Part shown: one piece after another, positions 21,740 to 35,400 of the stretch | Layout: every line of letters begins with the position of its first letter | How positions within the stretch are numbered: the first letter of the stretch is position 1 | Origin: Octopus vulgaris | Lineage: Eukaryota | Assembly: GCA_951406725.2 (NCBI GenBank) | Contig: OX597814.1 | Location: forward strand, 190,588,001-190,652,000 | DNA: 64,000 nt | Direction: 5' to 3' | Translations under genes and position numbers: made by a program | The notes under the pieces: model-generated | Seen by the model: the letters and a program-made list of their open reading frames with translations, nothing else | Databases searched by the model: none | Told to the model about the DNA's origin: nothing

Positions 21740-24700
21740 GAGTGAGAGATCAGCTCATGCCATCAAAGTGACACTGGATATTATTATTATTATCAATATT
21801 ATGTAATAATACTGAAATAAAACATGTTTTATTGCTGAGAGAAGGGTTACTGTTAAATAAAGGGAAAAAATGTCAGACTCAACCTACATTCATATCCATC
21901 TTCAGTATTTCCACAACGAGTATTATTAGGACAGTTGGCATAGTAACAGAAGTCTATATCTGTGCAGTTCTTACCAGTAAAACCAGCAGTGCAGTTGCAA
22001 CTACAAAAGAAGAAAAAAAAAATTTAGTAAAAAGTAAAGTTGTTAGAGCAGATAATTGGTAGCATCATTAGCGCATCAGATAAAATGCCTACAGTATTTA
22101 ATTGTGGCCCTTTATGCTGGTCTGCTTCCAATGATGGAAATCTTCATTGATAGAAATTTACGTTGGTTGGACAACAACAGAATCTCCAGACAACTTCTTT
22201 ACTTCCTTTACTTGCAACTAAGCAAGGAGAAAAGAAACCATGGAAGACCTACGCTGAGATTAAAAGATACTGCAAAAAGGAATATGAAGTGGAAAGGAAT
22301 TGATCATAAATAAGAGGCAAACTCAAGTGAAGAACTGACCAATATGGAGAAAACTTAGCAATTCGTGTCAAAGCCATGAACAGCCATAATCGTGACAACT
22401 GACTGCTAATGACAAATATTTTTGAGTTCAAATCCTGAAGAGGTTAACTTCACCATTTATCCTTACCAGGAGGTCATCATCGTCATCGTTTAACTGGCAT
22501 GGGTTGGATGGTTTGACTGAAGACTGACAAGCTAGGAGGTTGTTCCAGGCTCCAATTTGATCTGGCAAAGTTTCTACAACTGGATGGCCTTCCTAATGCC
22601 AACCACTCCGAGAGTGTAGTGGGTGCTTTTTACATGCCACTGGCATGGGGGCCATTCAGGCGGCACTGGCATCAACCCAGTTTCATAAAGTATTAAGCAA
22701 GTAGTGGAGCCAATTTAACATTCATATAAAATTCCAATGAAGATATATTGTCTAGTGCTTTGTTGAGTTCATATATTGTCTGTCCTTGTTTGTCCCCTCA
22801 ACGTTTAGCCCCTTGTGGGCAATAAAGAAATAAGATTTGTTAACATGTTGAACAAAATGCTTAGAGGTTTTTCTTCTGGTTCTAAGCTCTAAGTTCAAAC
22901 TCTGACACAGTCGATTTTGTCTTTCATCCTTTGGGGGTCAAAAAACAAGCACCAGTTGAGCAATAGGGGTCAAGAAAATTTATTAGCCTCCACCCCAGCC
23001 CACCAAAATTTCATAGGTGCACACAAATATATAAATGGTGGGTTTCTTTACAGTTTTGGTCTCCCAACTCCATTTACAGGGCATCCAGCTATAAAAGCCA
23101 TACCAAAGGCTCCCTCACCAGTACTGGTGAAATGTAAAAAGCACAAGTCTATTCTGTAAAGTGGTTAACATTAGGAAGAGTACGCAGCTATCAAAAACCA
23201 TGCCAAAACAGACAGTGAAGCTTAGTTCAGTCCTCTGGCTTACCAATTCCTATCAAACTGTTTGATCCATGCCAGCATGGAAGACAGATGTTAGATGTTG
23301 ATGATGATCATCATCATCGTTTAACGTCTACTTTCCATGCTAGCATGGGTTGGACGATTTTGACTGAGGGCTGGCAAACCAGATGGCTGCACCAGGCTCC
23401 AATCTTGATTTGGCAGAGTTTCTACAGCTTGATGCCCTTCCTAATGCCAACCACTCCGAGAGTGTAGTGGGTGCTTTTTACGTGCCACCGGCATGCGGGC
23501 CAGTCAGGCGGTACTGGCAATGACCTCGCTCGAATCTTTTTACACATGCCACCAGCACAGGTGCTAGTAAGGCAACGTTGGTAACGATCACACTCGAATG
23601 GTGCCCTTTTACGTACCACCAGCACAGAAGCCAGTTGGCTGCTCTGGCAATGATCACGTTCAGATAGTGCTCTTGGCACCCTACTAGATGACATTTGCTC
23701 AAGCTGCTACAAAGTGGGACGGAACCCAAAACCACATGGCTGTTAAGTGAACTTCTTAACCACACAACTTTCTTCCGGTTTCTAATTACCAAACCCATTC
23801 ACAAGGTTATGGTCAGTGCGGAGGCTATAGCAATGGACTGAACCTAAAACCAATGAATCAAATTCTGAATACAAAATTTATACTTACATATAACGTTCAA
23901 ATTCAATATACTGACATGTAGAATTGTTGCCACATGGTTTATTTAGCTTACAAGGATCATTTTTAACAGCACCTGACTTAACATTTGCTGTGGCAGTCGG
24001 TAGTAAAGTGTTTGGTAACCTCACAACATTGCTGGTATTATTATTAAAGACAACTGACATGTTATTTAATGCCATATCTTGTAGAATTCCACGGAAATTT
24101 TCAACAGGTTGTATACTTCTGCGCTTTCGGGTACTTGAACTGCCAGGTTTCTTACCTACAGTCAATATACTCGTATTCAAGGAACATCGATCATTTAAAT
24201 TCTGTGTTATATTGAAAGAATCAACAACCAAGGTGATGTTTTCAAGAAACACCTTTACTTCTAAAAAGTGTTTTCGGCCATCATCATATTTGGTTGAGGT
24301 TTTATAAATGAAATCCTTACAACGTTTCATTTCTGTGACAATACTGCCATCCTGTAGTCTCAGGCTGAAGTATGATCCAGAAGTGCTTCCTGTTTGGTCA
24401 GAATCACTGAAATATGCCACCTGACCATCACTATAGCGAGTGATGAAGTAAAAGGACAACTCAAGGTTTGATTGTAACTTGTCTTGGATTGTTGTTAAGT
24501 TGTATTCAGAAAAACTTAATGTCATGTTGAATGCAAAGGTTCCTGCTGTAACTTCTGCAAAAATAAGATTGACAATGTACATATTAAAACTGATTAGTCA
24601 TAGATAGATAGATAGATAGATAGAAGGAGAGGGGAGGGAGAAAGAGAGAGAGTGTGTGTGTGTGGTTGCCCAATAAATTTTCATGAATCAGAAAAAAAAA

Positions 24701-27700
24701 AAAAAAACTCAGGCACTCATATATGAGGCAATATAAGTATCAAAATTTGATACAAGGCCAGCAATTTTGGGGGAGGTATTAAATCAATTACATCAAACCC
24801 CAGTGCACAACTGATACTTATTTTATCAACTCTGAGAGGATGAAAAACAAAGTCTACCTCGGCAGAATATGAACGAACTGACAAAATGCCACTAAGTATT
24901 TTTTCCCAACATGCTAATGATTCTACCAGCTCACCACTTTAGATATGAGGTACTATTAGTCTCATAACAGCAGGTTATTGAATGGTTTCATACTGATAAC
25001 TTTGCAGAATTTGAGGTATAAATTTGCAATCATCAGACATGGCTGAATAGGAAAAGCAAGAGCTATGGTCTCTTTGCAACTGGAGGCAATGGGATGACTG
25101 TTAATTTACATTTTCATATCTGTAAGGTTATTGGCAAGGAGGACAGAAGGAGGGGGAGAGGAAGGAAGGAAGAAAACAGGAAGGAAAGACAGACAACAGA
25201 CAGGAAGATAATCAGACAGACAGACATGAGTGTGTGTATCTGTGTTTGTCCCCTGCCACTGCTTGACAACCAGTGTTGGTGTGTTTACATCCCTATAATT
25301 TACCAGTTCAGCAAAAGAGACCTATAGAATAAGTACCAGTCTTAAAAAAAGATAAGTAATGGGATCATTTCATTTGACTAAAAATTCTTTATAGTGGTGC
25401 TCCAGCATGGCCAAAGTCTAAACAAGACTGAAACAAGAAAAAGAATATGGAAACATCTCTCATCATAACTTACCGCCTTGACAAGAATCTCCAATATATG
25501 GTCGGTCGCATATACATTGTTTTTGAAACCAAAGATCAATGCAGCTGCCTCTTTCATTACAGGAATCACGTAAGCACTGGTCACTGCGTGGACAACTCAT
25601 GGTGACATGTTCAACTTTTGAAGCATTGGTAGCCAAGAGGACATTCCCATTAACAGAAACATCTTGTAGACAACCAATAAACGGTGCACTTGGTTGTTTA
25701 GAATTTGGCGATAAGTTACTGTGCAGTTTTCCAAATGAAACTTCTCCAGTTGCTGCTTCTGTTAAATCAAACTTCTTTAAGTGGCCGCCAATCTGTACAA
25801 AGAGCTCTTTTGAAATAAACTCAAACTTAATAAATTGCCAAGCAGAATTATTGACTGTATCGAAGTTTAAATTGGTAATGTTATCATTCACAAGAGCAGG
25901 CTGACCTTGTCTCAGCTGAAAGGTGAGGTATTTGTTATTTTGTAATACAAACGTGGAAACAAGAATATTTCCCAATGTTGTTTGATATTGAAATTCTATT
26001 ATCAGTTTATTGGTGGCAAGGGCTTTTGTTTCTAAAGAAGAAGAACCATTGAAAGACATTGTGGTAACGACTTGACAGTCTTTTCCATTAAAACCATGCA
26101 AACAGCTGCATGTGTAATAATGTTGTGAGTTATTTTCATCAAAGAACGGGTTGCAGGTGCCATTATTGAGGCAAGGGTTACGATTGCATCCAGTCAACTC
26201 AACAGAACAATTCTTTCCACCATACCAAGGTTTTGAGGGACCTTTTAAACAGGTACAATTATAGATTCCATCGCCATTGTAACACTTTGATCCATGCTGG
26301 CAATAACTTCTGGAACATTCATCAATATCTGTATCGCAAAGTGCACCTTCATATCCTTCCTCACAATTACATTTTGCATAGCCTATGTAATCACTACAAT
26401 TACCATGCACACAGTTTAAAGACAAGCATTCGTTGATGTCTTGGGAACAGTTATGACCTTGAAAGAGAAATAAAGAAAAGATGGCATTAATTATTTTCAT
26501 GACTGGGCACAATCTCTTTTAACTTCCAAAATACATCAACTGATAGAAACAGTTTACTAAATGGTCAAAAAAAAAAAAAACCATAACTGAGTAAAGATGA
26601 ATTAAACAATAATATGTGTATGTTGCATTATTTTCTGAGTTCAGTTCCTGTTTCTAATATTGTGCTAGCCAGTTTATCTGAAGGATTCCTTCTTCAGTGC
26701 AATCAAGGAACAGTAGCAGATAGTATATATATCCTTTTCTTATTTCTTTGTTGCCCACAAGGGGCTAAACATAGAAGGGACAAACAAGGACAGACAAACA
26801 GATTAAGTCGATTACATTGACCCCAGTGCATAACTGGTACTTATTTAATCGACCCGAAAGGATGAAAGGCAAAGTCGACCTCGGCGGAATTTGAACTCAG
26901 AACGTAGCAGCAGATGAAATATAGCAACGTGAAATAAAATGTTTTGCTCAAGAACACAACACACAGCCCGGTCTGGGATTCGAACTCACAACCTCACAAT
27001 CGTAAGCTCAACACTAACCACTGAGCCATGCACCTTCACAGACATATTTAAACATAAGCTGCCGGACGAGATAGTGAAGATGCCGATGACCGCTCAGTTC
27101 AAAGTCTCTCTTGACCAGAAATGGCCTGAACTCTTTGTATGACTACCCTCCCTGTACATAATTCCCTGTCCCCCTACATAGCCTTGCTTTTGCTTTTTGA
27201 ACCAATAAAAATTGAATTGAATTGAATTGAAAAAAAATATATCCTATTTCTCTCATTTATTTTTTCTCTTCTCTTATTATTTGCCTTCTTATTCAAATAC
27301 AGTGTTAGGTTCTAAATTCTGATACAACAACCAAGTTCAACACAAGACACCTGAAGATGGGTGGAGCATGCAACAGCTGTAATATAGTGAAAGAAACAAT
27401 CAAAATGAGGACACTAGTCTGAGTAATATGAACACACTATGTTGGTTTTTTTGACATTACTACAGAGAACTCTCTTCAAAGGAAATACAAATTTAATTGT
27501 CATTATCTGTTTCTTTATTACCCACAAGGGGCTAAACATAGAGGGGACAAACAAGGACAGACAAACGGATTAAGTCGAATACATCGACTCCAGTGCGTAA
27601 CTGGTACTTAATTTATTGACCCTGAAAGGCTGAAAGGCAAAGTCGACCTCGGCGGAATTTGAACTCAGAACGTAACGGCAGACGAAATACGGTTATGCAT

Positions 27701-29383
27701 TTCACCTAGCATGCTAACGATTCTGCCAGCTCGTGCCTTATACAAATTTAATTGTCTTTATCATTAATGACCCATGCTAGCATGGAAAACGGACGCTAAA
27801 CGATGATGATGATGATGATGAATAGGGCATGGTTCCCTACTGATAAATTAAATATTTTCTCACCTTCATAACCAGTTTCACATAAGCATTTATATCCAGA
27901 GGCATTGGCATAGGAAAACCGAGGAGAGCCAAAATAAGGAAAATTTTGACCATATAGTGATTGGTTGGAACGCTGGAGACATGCAGAAGAGTGGACGCAT
28001 GGATTAACTGAACATTCATTGATATCTGTCTCACAATGCTTGCCTTTGTAACCTTTGTAACATTTGCAGGTATAGTTCTGAAAAATAATATTAATTGGAA
28101 TTAATTAAATCACACCAAAGGATCACAAGTATAATAAACGTTTGTTATTTTTGTGTATTTTCCTCTAATGATCCCCAGCCATCTAGCCTCCCTCATTGCA
28201 GCATCACTGTGTGGTCAAGAAGTTTATCTCATGACCACAGGATTTTAGGCTTAATACCTATTTCTTTACTACCCACAAGGGGCTAAACACAGAGAGGACA
28301 AACAAGGACAGACAAAGGGATTAAGTCGATTATATCGACCCCAGTGCGTAACTGGTACTTATTTAATCAACCCCAAAAGGATGAAAGGCAAAGTCGACCT
28401 CGGAATGTAGTGGCAGACAAAATACCTATTTTTTTACTACCCACAAGGGGCTAAACACAGAGAGGACAAACAAGGACAGACAAACGGATTAAGTCGATTA
28501 TATCAACCCCAGTGCGTAACTGATACTTATTTAATCAACCCCAAAAGGATGAAAGGCAAAGTCGACCTCGATGAAATTTGAACTCAGAACGTAATGGCAG
28601 ATGAAATACAGCTACGCATTTCGCCCAGCGTGCTAATGTTTCTGCCAGCTCGCCACCTTTTTTAGGTTTAATACCTTGTGACTCACACCACTAGAAATAC
28701 AGTGAAGCTGTGAGAGGCTGTCTGTTGGGAACCTGTTACAATATCTTTTATCATTTGAATTGATGATGTCATCAATGTATCCTGCTATGTCTAGGGAAAT
28801 TACTTGAATGTATCCATCACTTAATGTGGAATTATGAACGTATCAGGGAAATTGCTTCAATGTATCAATACTTGATAGGAAGTCTACAATGTAATCTTAA
28901 CCCATATCACAAAACTAAGCACCAGGCTACTGCATTATACATGTAATTATATTGCTTCATACTATACATCATACACTATGCAAATTCTACATCACATACC
29001 TCATCACATCACATAACAATAAGACGACATGCACCGGTACGTATTCTAAAACATCCATCAACCACAGCTGACGATGTATTTGCATCTGTATGAGCAGGCC
29101 TAGTCAAGATTTATTTTGTGGTAGACTAGCAATTTCCCATGCATACAATTCTCTTCCTTCCATAACACCAATGTTGTCCACAGGAAAAGCAATACAAGGG
29201 CTGGCACTAGTATTGTTAAGGATGTTGCTGTCGGAATGCAAAGACCCAAAACAAATATTGCATGGTTCTGAATGCTCTGCCAATCCATTATTTCATCAAT
29301 TCCCAATAGAATGAATAGCAAGAATTTTGAACCTGGATTTGAACCTGGCATGCACGGAGTCAACCCACAATGCTTGGATTAAC

Positions 29384-29456
<73 letters not shown>

Positions 29457-32400
29457 AAGCAAGTATGCTTTTAAGGTAAGAGAATAAGAGTTGTGTATAA
29501 ATATATATATATATATATGGTCACCCTAGTGCACAGGATTCTTGTGATCTCATATTTCAACTGTTAGTAATCAACATAACAGTATAAGACAACTAAAGAA
29601 TACCCAGTACTACACACTGCACCTCACAACCACTTTGCCATACAATACACTACACAACAATACACCACACTGACTTACACATCACACAACACAACATCAC
29701 AGACAAAAGTGAAATTATGAAATATTTAATACCTTCACACCATCAATACACGATGCATTATTTTGACATGGATTGCTGAGACAATCATCGATGTTAACTG
29801 AACATGTTGGTCCTTTGAAGCCAGTGTCTGTACAATTACACTGATATCTGAAGTAAAGAAAACGAGATATTATTATCACAAACATCTGATCTGTCGGTGG
29901 CATTGGCATCACTCGTTTATTGCAATAATAATTTCAATGTCTACTCACATTACATTTCACTGCGATCCATTGACTACCAGCCAATGAGATACACTGGTTC
30001 AAATGCACAGAAAACTAAAGACAGGTGAAGGAACAACAAGCAGGTGTATTAGTTTGATGCTCAGAAGATTGGCAAAGTCTTTGACATTTTGAGCTTATGC
30101 TCTTTGTCAGAAAAGGACAAGATAAAGAAAAATGGAGAGAGCATGTACCTCCTTTACAGCAGCACACCTGTTTCTGTCCTCATTCTTCTCTTTCTCTCTC
30201 TGGTTGGGTAACCATGTACCTTCCCTACAGCAAGACACCTGTTTCTATCTCTCTGCCTCACTATAATCTTTCATCTCCTCCTCCAATGTCCCCTCCCCTC
30301 TCAAAAGATCTTTGTTTTGCAAGTTACTTGGTGACCCTGCTAGTGCTGGTGCCACTTAAAAATCATACAGCCCACATTGAAAAGTGGCTGGCATTTGGAA
30401 GGGCATCCAGTTGTAAAAACCATGTCTAAATTTGACCTTGCCTGAGCTTGTGCCATGTAAAAAGAAATCAGTCACTTTGCCGAGTCACTGGTGTTAGAAA
30501 GAGCATCCAGCCATAAAAACCCTGCCAAAACAGACACAGGAGTCTGGTGCAGGCTCCTGCCAGGCCAACTCCCATCAAACCATCCAACCCATGCCAGCAT
30601 GGAAGGCAGACATTAAACGATGATGGTTATGAGAGAGAGAGAGAAAAAATGTGTCGGGATTAAGAGTTTTGCATGATGAAATGACTGTCCCTCACTTGTC
30701 TTTGTCTTTTGTTTTCTGTACATTTTAACCATACATATAATATATGCACACATGATAACCCAAGTTTGATCCTGCCTGACTCAACTCCTCCTCTCATAGA
30801 CCCTTATTTCTCCTACCTTCTTCTCAGATCTTTGCTACCTTTCCTTATCCACCATCACTCCACTCAGATTTCTTGGACACTACCATCATAGATTTTATTG
30901 CACACTGTTGCTATTGAGATATATTATTCATTTAGATAATACAGTTTCATATTTAAGAGATGAGGAATTATGTACATTATTTACATTTGACAGATATTTG
31001 TCCTCATCTTGTTTGTTGTTAACACAACATTTCAGCTGATATACCCATCAGCCTTTATCAGGTGTCTTGAGGAAATTTCGAACCTGGATTCTCATCCCTA
31101 AGGTATTTTCCAATGTTGTTGTTGTTACTTTGTATGTTACTTTGCTTTTGGTCAGCATCTTGCACCAGCCACAAGTCTGGTCCGAAATCCTCAGCAGATT
31201 GTCCTGCAAAGACTGACAATTTTGCTATATCTTCTCACCCCTCTGTTAATACTTCTAGAATTTATGGCCAAACGAGGGCTATTTCAACTTTAAAATCATC
31301 TTTTGTTTCTATTTTGAAATCACTATTCACCTGGGCCAGGTAACATGCTGCGTCCTTAAGCAAGGCACTTCATTTCCTTTTACTTCAGTTTACTTAGCTG
31401 TAATAAGTACCAGCCAAATATTGATAAAGCTTCCTCTTTATCCAGCAACCATATCCTGGATTTTCAGCAAGGTTAAAGGTGAGAACATCATGAAAAATAT
31501 CTATATCAGTCCACAACTAAATAGGCACCTAAAACAATTGGTGAAAGACTGGTAATAAGAGACACATAGCCTAGTGGTTTTGTCACTGTACTCACAATCA
31601 CAAGATCATAGTTTCAACACCCAGGCGAAGCTGTGCATTGTGTTCTTGGGCAAAACACTTCATTTCACAATACCTCAGTCCACTCAGCTGTAAATAAGTA
31701 ACCCTGCCATGGATTGTGTCCCATCCAGGGGGAATGTTGTAGCTTCAGTCACTTAAACTGAGTAACCATCTCAACGAGTCCTAGAATTTAAGACATTAAT
31801 ATCCAGAGGCAGATGGTTAGTACTACCAAACCATATTCACTGGTCTTCTTGATGCCATCCTTCTGTTGACAGCTGTGAAGGAAAACAACATAATTTACTT
31901 TACAGAACAGTAGATAATATTTCTTCAGTGAACCTGTATGGAATACTTAATGATCTCAGTCATCAACTTTTGAAACCTTCACCCATCATGCTTAACCCCT
32001 TAGCATTTAAACCAGCTATATCTGGTCCAAAATATTCTGTTTTACATTCAAACTGAATAGATCCACCCTCTCACACCTATCCTATAATGTCCTTCTGAAA
32101 ATAAACAATCACATCAAAATCTCAAAGCTACAAGATAATCGATGACTAATTCAAAACAATGTGAATAATTATGCATTGCACTTGACAAAGTAATCTTAAT
32201 ACTAAAGAGTTAATGAAGAACAAAACTTGTATCCTTACGCATTCAATAGATCTTTGCATTGACCAAGGTTTTTACAAGGATTGCTTTCACATTCATTGAT
32301 ATCGATCTCACAGTTCTTGCCTTCTGTTCCATTGATACATGAACAGTTGTATGAATTGATGCCATCTTCACATGTTCCATTGTTTTGACACGGATCGTTG

Positions 32401-35400
32401 ACACAATCATCAATGTTGATCTCACAGTTTTTACCTAGGTCAGAGAAGATAAGAAATTTCAGATTCAGTGAAAAATTTTACAACACCTCATTCGCATTGG
32501 TTACAATATGTCATTTGATGTATAAATTCATCCAAGCAGTTAACTAGACACAAATGCCAGGTTTCCCTCAAATAACACCCTAGTCTCTTTCAAAAAGCAA
32601 CAATGCATTCAACAATACAGTCTTAACCCTTTAGTTACTGCATTTATTTTGAGATGCTCTGTATCTCTTTCAATTACTTTCAATATAACAAAGAATTTAA
32701 TAAAATAACTTAGTTATCATTCAGCTAGTGTTAGGAACATAAATTGTAACTAAGGTTTGGTAGAAGATTTTAATTCAAAACTTATGAAAATAAGACATTT
32801 GTACACAGATCCAGAGCCAGTTTCAGCTGGGTTGGTAACGAAAGGGTTAAATATACAAAAAGAGAAGATAATGACATACAGAATGCCATTGATCGTAGTC
32901 TGCTAGATCAAAGCTGACAGGGGGTTAAACTGAATCCAATAGGAGCTAAGTACAAATTCCATAGTGTTGCATCAGCTTACAATGTTAGATTTAAATCTGA
33001 TAATTCTAAAATAGACTAGCAAACTTTACATCGTTTTCAAGTGACTAAAACATTGAGAGATTGAAACAAAAAAAAACTGAAAACAACTTTGACATCTTCT
33101 AGAGGCTAGAAGTGAGAAACAAATAAATTTATGATGAAAATACAATCAGTTACAATGATTATAATTTCCATGATGAAGAAATGGCTATTAGATCCTTTAA
33201 CAAAATTAGTTTTGAGCAGCTGTATGAGTCAATGTGGCTTTTCGTTACACCAGAGTCAATAGTATAAATATTAGTAATGTAGTCAGTCCATTATATATCT
33301 ATCTTGTGTTCAAAAGCAGAATTTCTTGGTGACTAGGAAAAATTTCTTAACGTAGGATGAGAAGAAAATTATAATCCTATAAACTAGCAGTAACATAATC
33401 TCTATCTTTAGTTCAAAAAGTTTTATAAATATTAATTTATTTTGACCAGACAAGATCAATTTTCTCCACAACATTGATACTGATGATAGCCAGAGATCCT
33501 GAGAGAATGTGGCCTCCCAGATCAAGATAAAGGGAGATAAGCTATCCTCCAAGCATGTCTAGCTTATGCAGTTAAATGTTTCAAGTCAAACCATTGAATT
33601 TACTACAAAACAAATCAGAACTTTAAATCTGATGTCTTGAGGAAATTGTATCTTGAAATAAAATCAATCAAAACTGCAGAGCAAACCCAAGAAAAACTTG
33701 ACTAGTTTTCATTGATCTTTGCTATCTTTTCAATACTTAATACTATAAAATTCAGATTATATAACTTAGATAACTTAGATATGTTTCGACCAAAGATTGG
33801 TCCAGGCCATGTCTATATTTATTCATTCATTTATTTATTTGTAGAAAGATTTTCTTTAAGAAATATTTGAAGAAAGCAGAATCACAAATTACTAAACAGG
33901 AAAGCACTTAAGCACAACATGAATACCATTTTTTTTTTAAAGATGTTTTTAGATATTTGTTAATTTATATTTTAAGAAAATCTCTCTTTAAATATTGTGA
34001 CTGTATCAATAATTTTTTGCCAAAAATTTTTTCTGAATATATATAGAGATATATGTAATTACCTGTAAAACCAACTCGGCAACTACATACAAATTTCTCT
34101 TTGGGGTGAGACTTGCAGGTGCCACCATTTTGACAGCGTCCAGTTGAATTGGTGCAGTAGTCAAAAAATAATTCACAATTACGACCTAATGAGACAGAAA
34201 TGAACAGTAAATCATGAAGTAAAGAAATTGTTATTTATTATTATTATTATTATTATTACTAGGGATTTTGACCTTTAAATTTTGGGGAAAATATGCGGAT
34301 TATACTCGAAGATTTACAGTATACAAAGCCCAATCATGACCACCAGCCTGATAAGGGCACATCAAGTACATCAGGTACATGCATCACAACCATGTGTGTG
34401 CAACATGGTGACCTCATATTGAGATAAACAGTACATTACTTTGCAAGTGGGTCCCAGTTAGAATTTTCTTTAGATTGAGTAGCCCATCATGCTCAAAAAA
34501 GGTCCCTGAATAAGAATCGTTTAAGGATGATGAATGAAACACCCATGTTTCCAGGAGTGAGCTATTCAAACTCAAAAGAATTCCTCTCAACGCATAGTTC
34601 TGATTCTCCTTCCTACTCCTGTTCATGATCAGAAATGCACATATTGTCGGCCACTAAGAGACGTTCAACTGGTTATGATCAAGCATTTGATAAGCAAATC
34701 TGTAGTATTGGGCAGAATATTTGCTGTAGCCCATCTTTTAGACCAAGACATGTTAACATTTCCAATCAGCTAATATCAGAAACCACGAGAGCCAGTGGTA
34801 CTGCATCAGGGATATTATTGTTGTTATTATTAAGGCGGTGAACTGGCAGAATCGTTACCACACCAGGCATAATGCTTAGCAGTATTTCGTCCATCTCTAC
34901 ATTCTGAGTTCAAATTCAGCCTAGTTCGACTTCACTTTTCAACCTTTCAGGGGTCAATAAAATAAATACCCGTTGAATACTGAGGTCGACGTAACTGTAA
35001 CTGACTTATCCCCTCCCTCAAAATTGGTGGCTCTGTGCCAAAATTTAAAATTATTATTATTATCATTATTATTATTTTTTATTAATTTTATGTAACATTA
35101 ACATTGAGAGAGTTTATCATCTTAAATATGATCTTAAAATTTATTTAAAAAATTATACCAACTTACCTACAGTATACTTGCCCGCATTTCCAGAATTGTC
35201 ACAGGTGCATAAAAAATCTCCAGGTAGATTAGAGCAGACACCACCATTCAAGCAGATACCGTGATTTTCACCAGGAAATATATAATTACATTCGTTAATG
35301 TCATTCTCACAATTGGTGCCGTTGTAACCAGTTGGGAATTTTAAGTGCAGATAGTTCTCAATTGTCTCTATTTTAAAATCACATTCACATCTATAACTTC

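Noticed and set aside
26458-26512. Hydrophobic in-frame extensions upstream of other exons (26512, 24582, 19320, 29912, 50924) as alternative signal peptides
   Set aside because: Mostly short, explained by pyrimidine tracts encoding F/L/I, or starting at non-ATG codons or inside repeats. None has the transposon-free upstream island seen at 8135.
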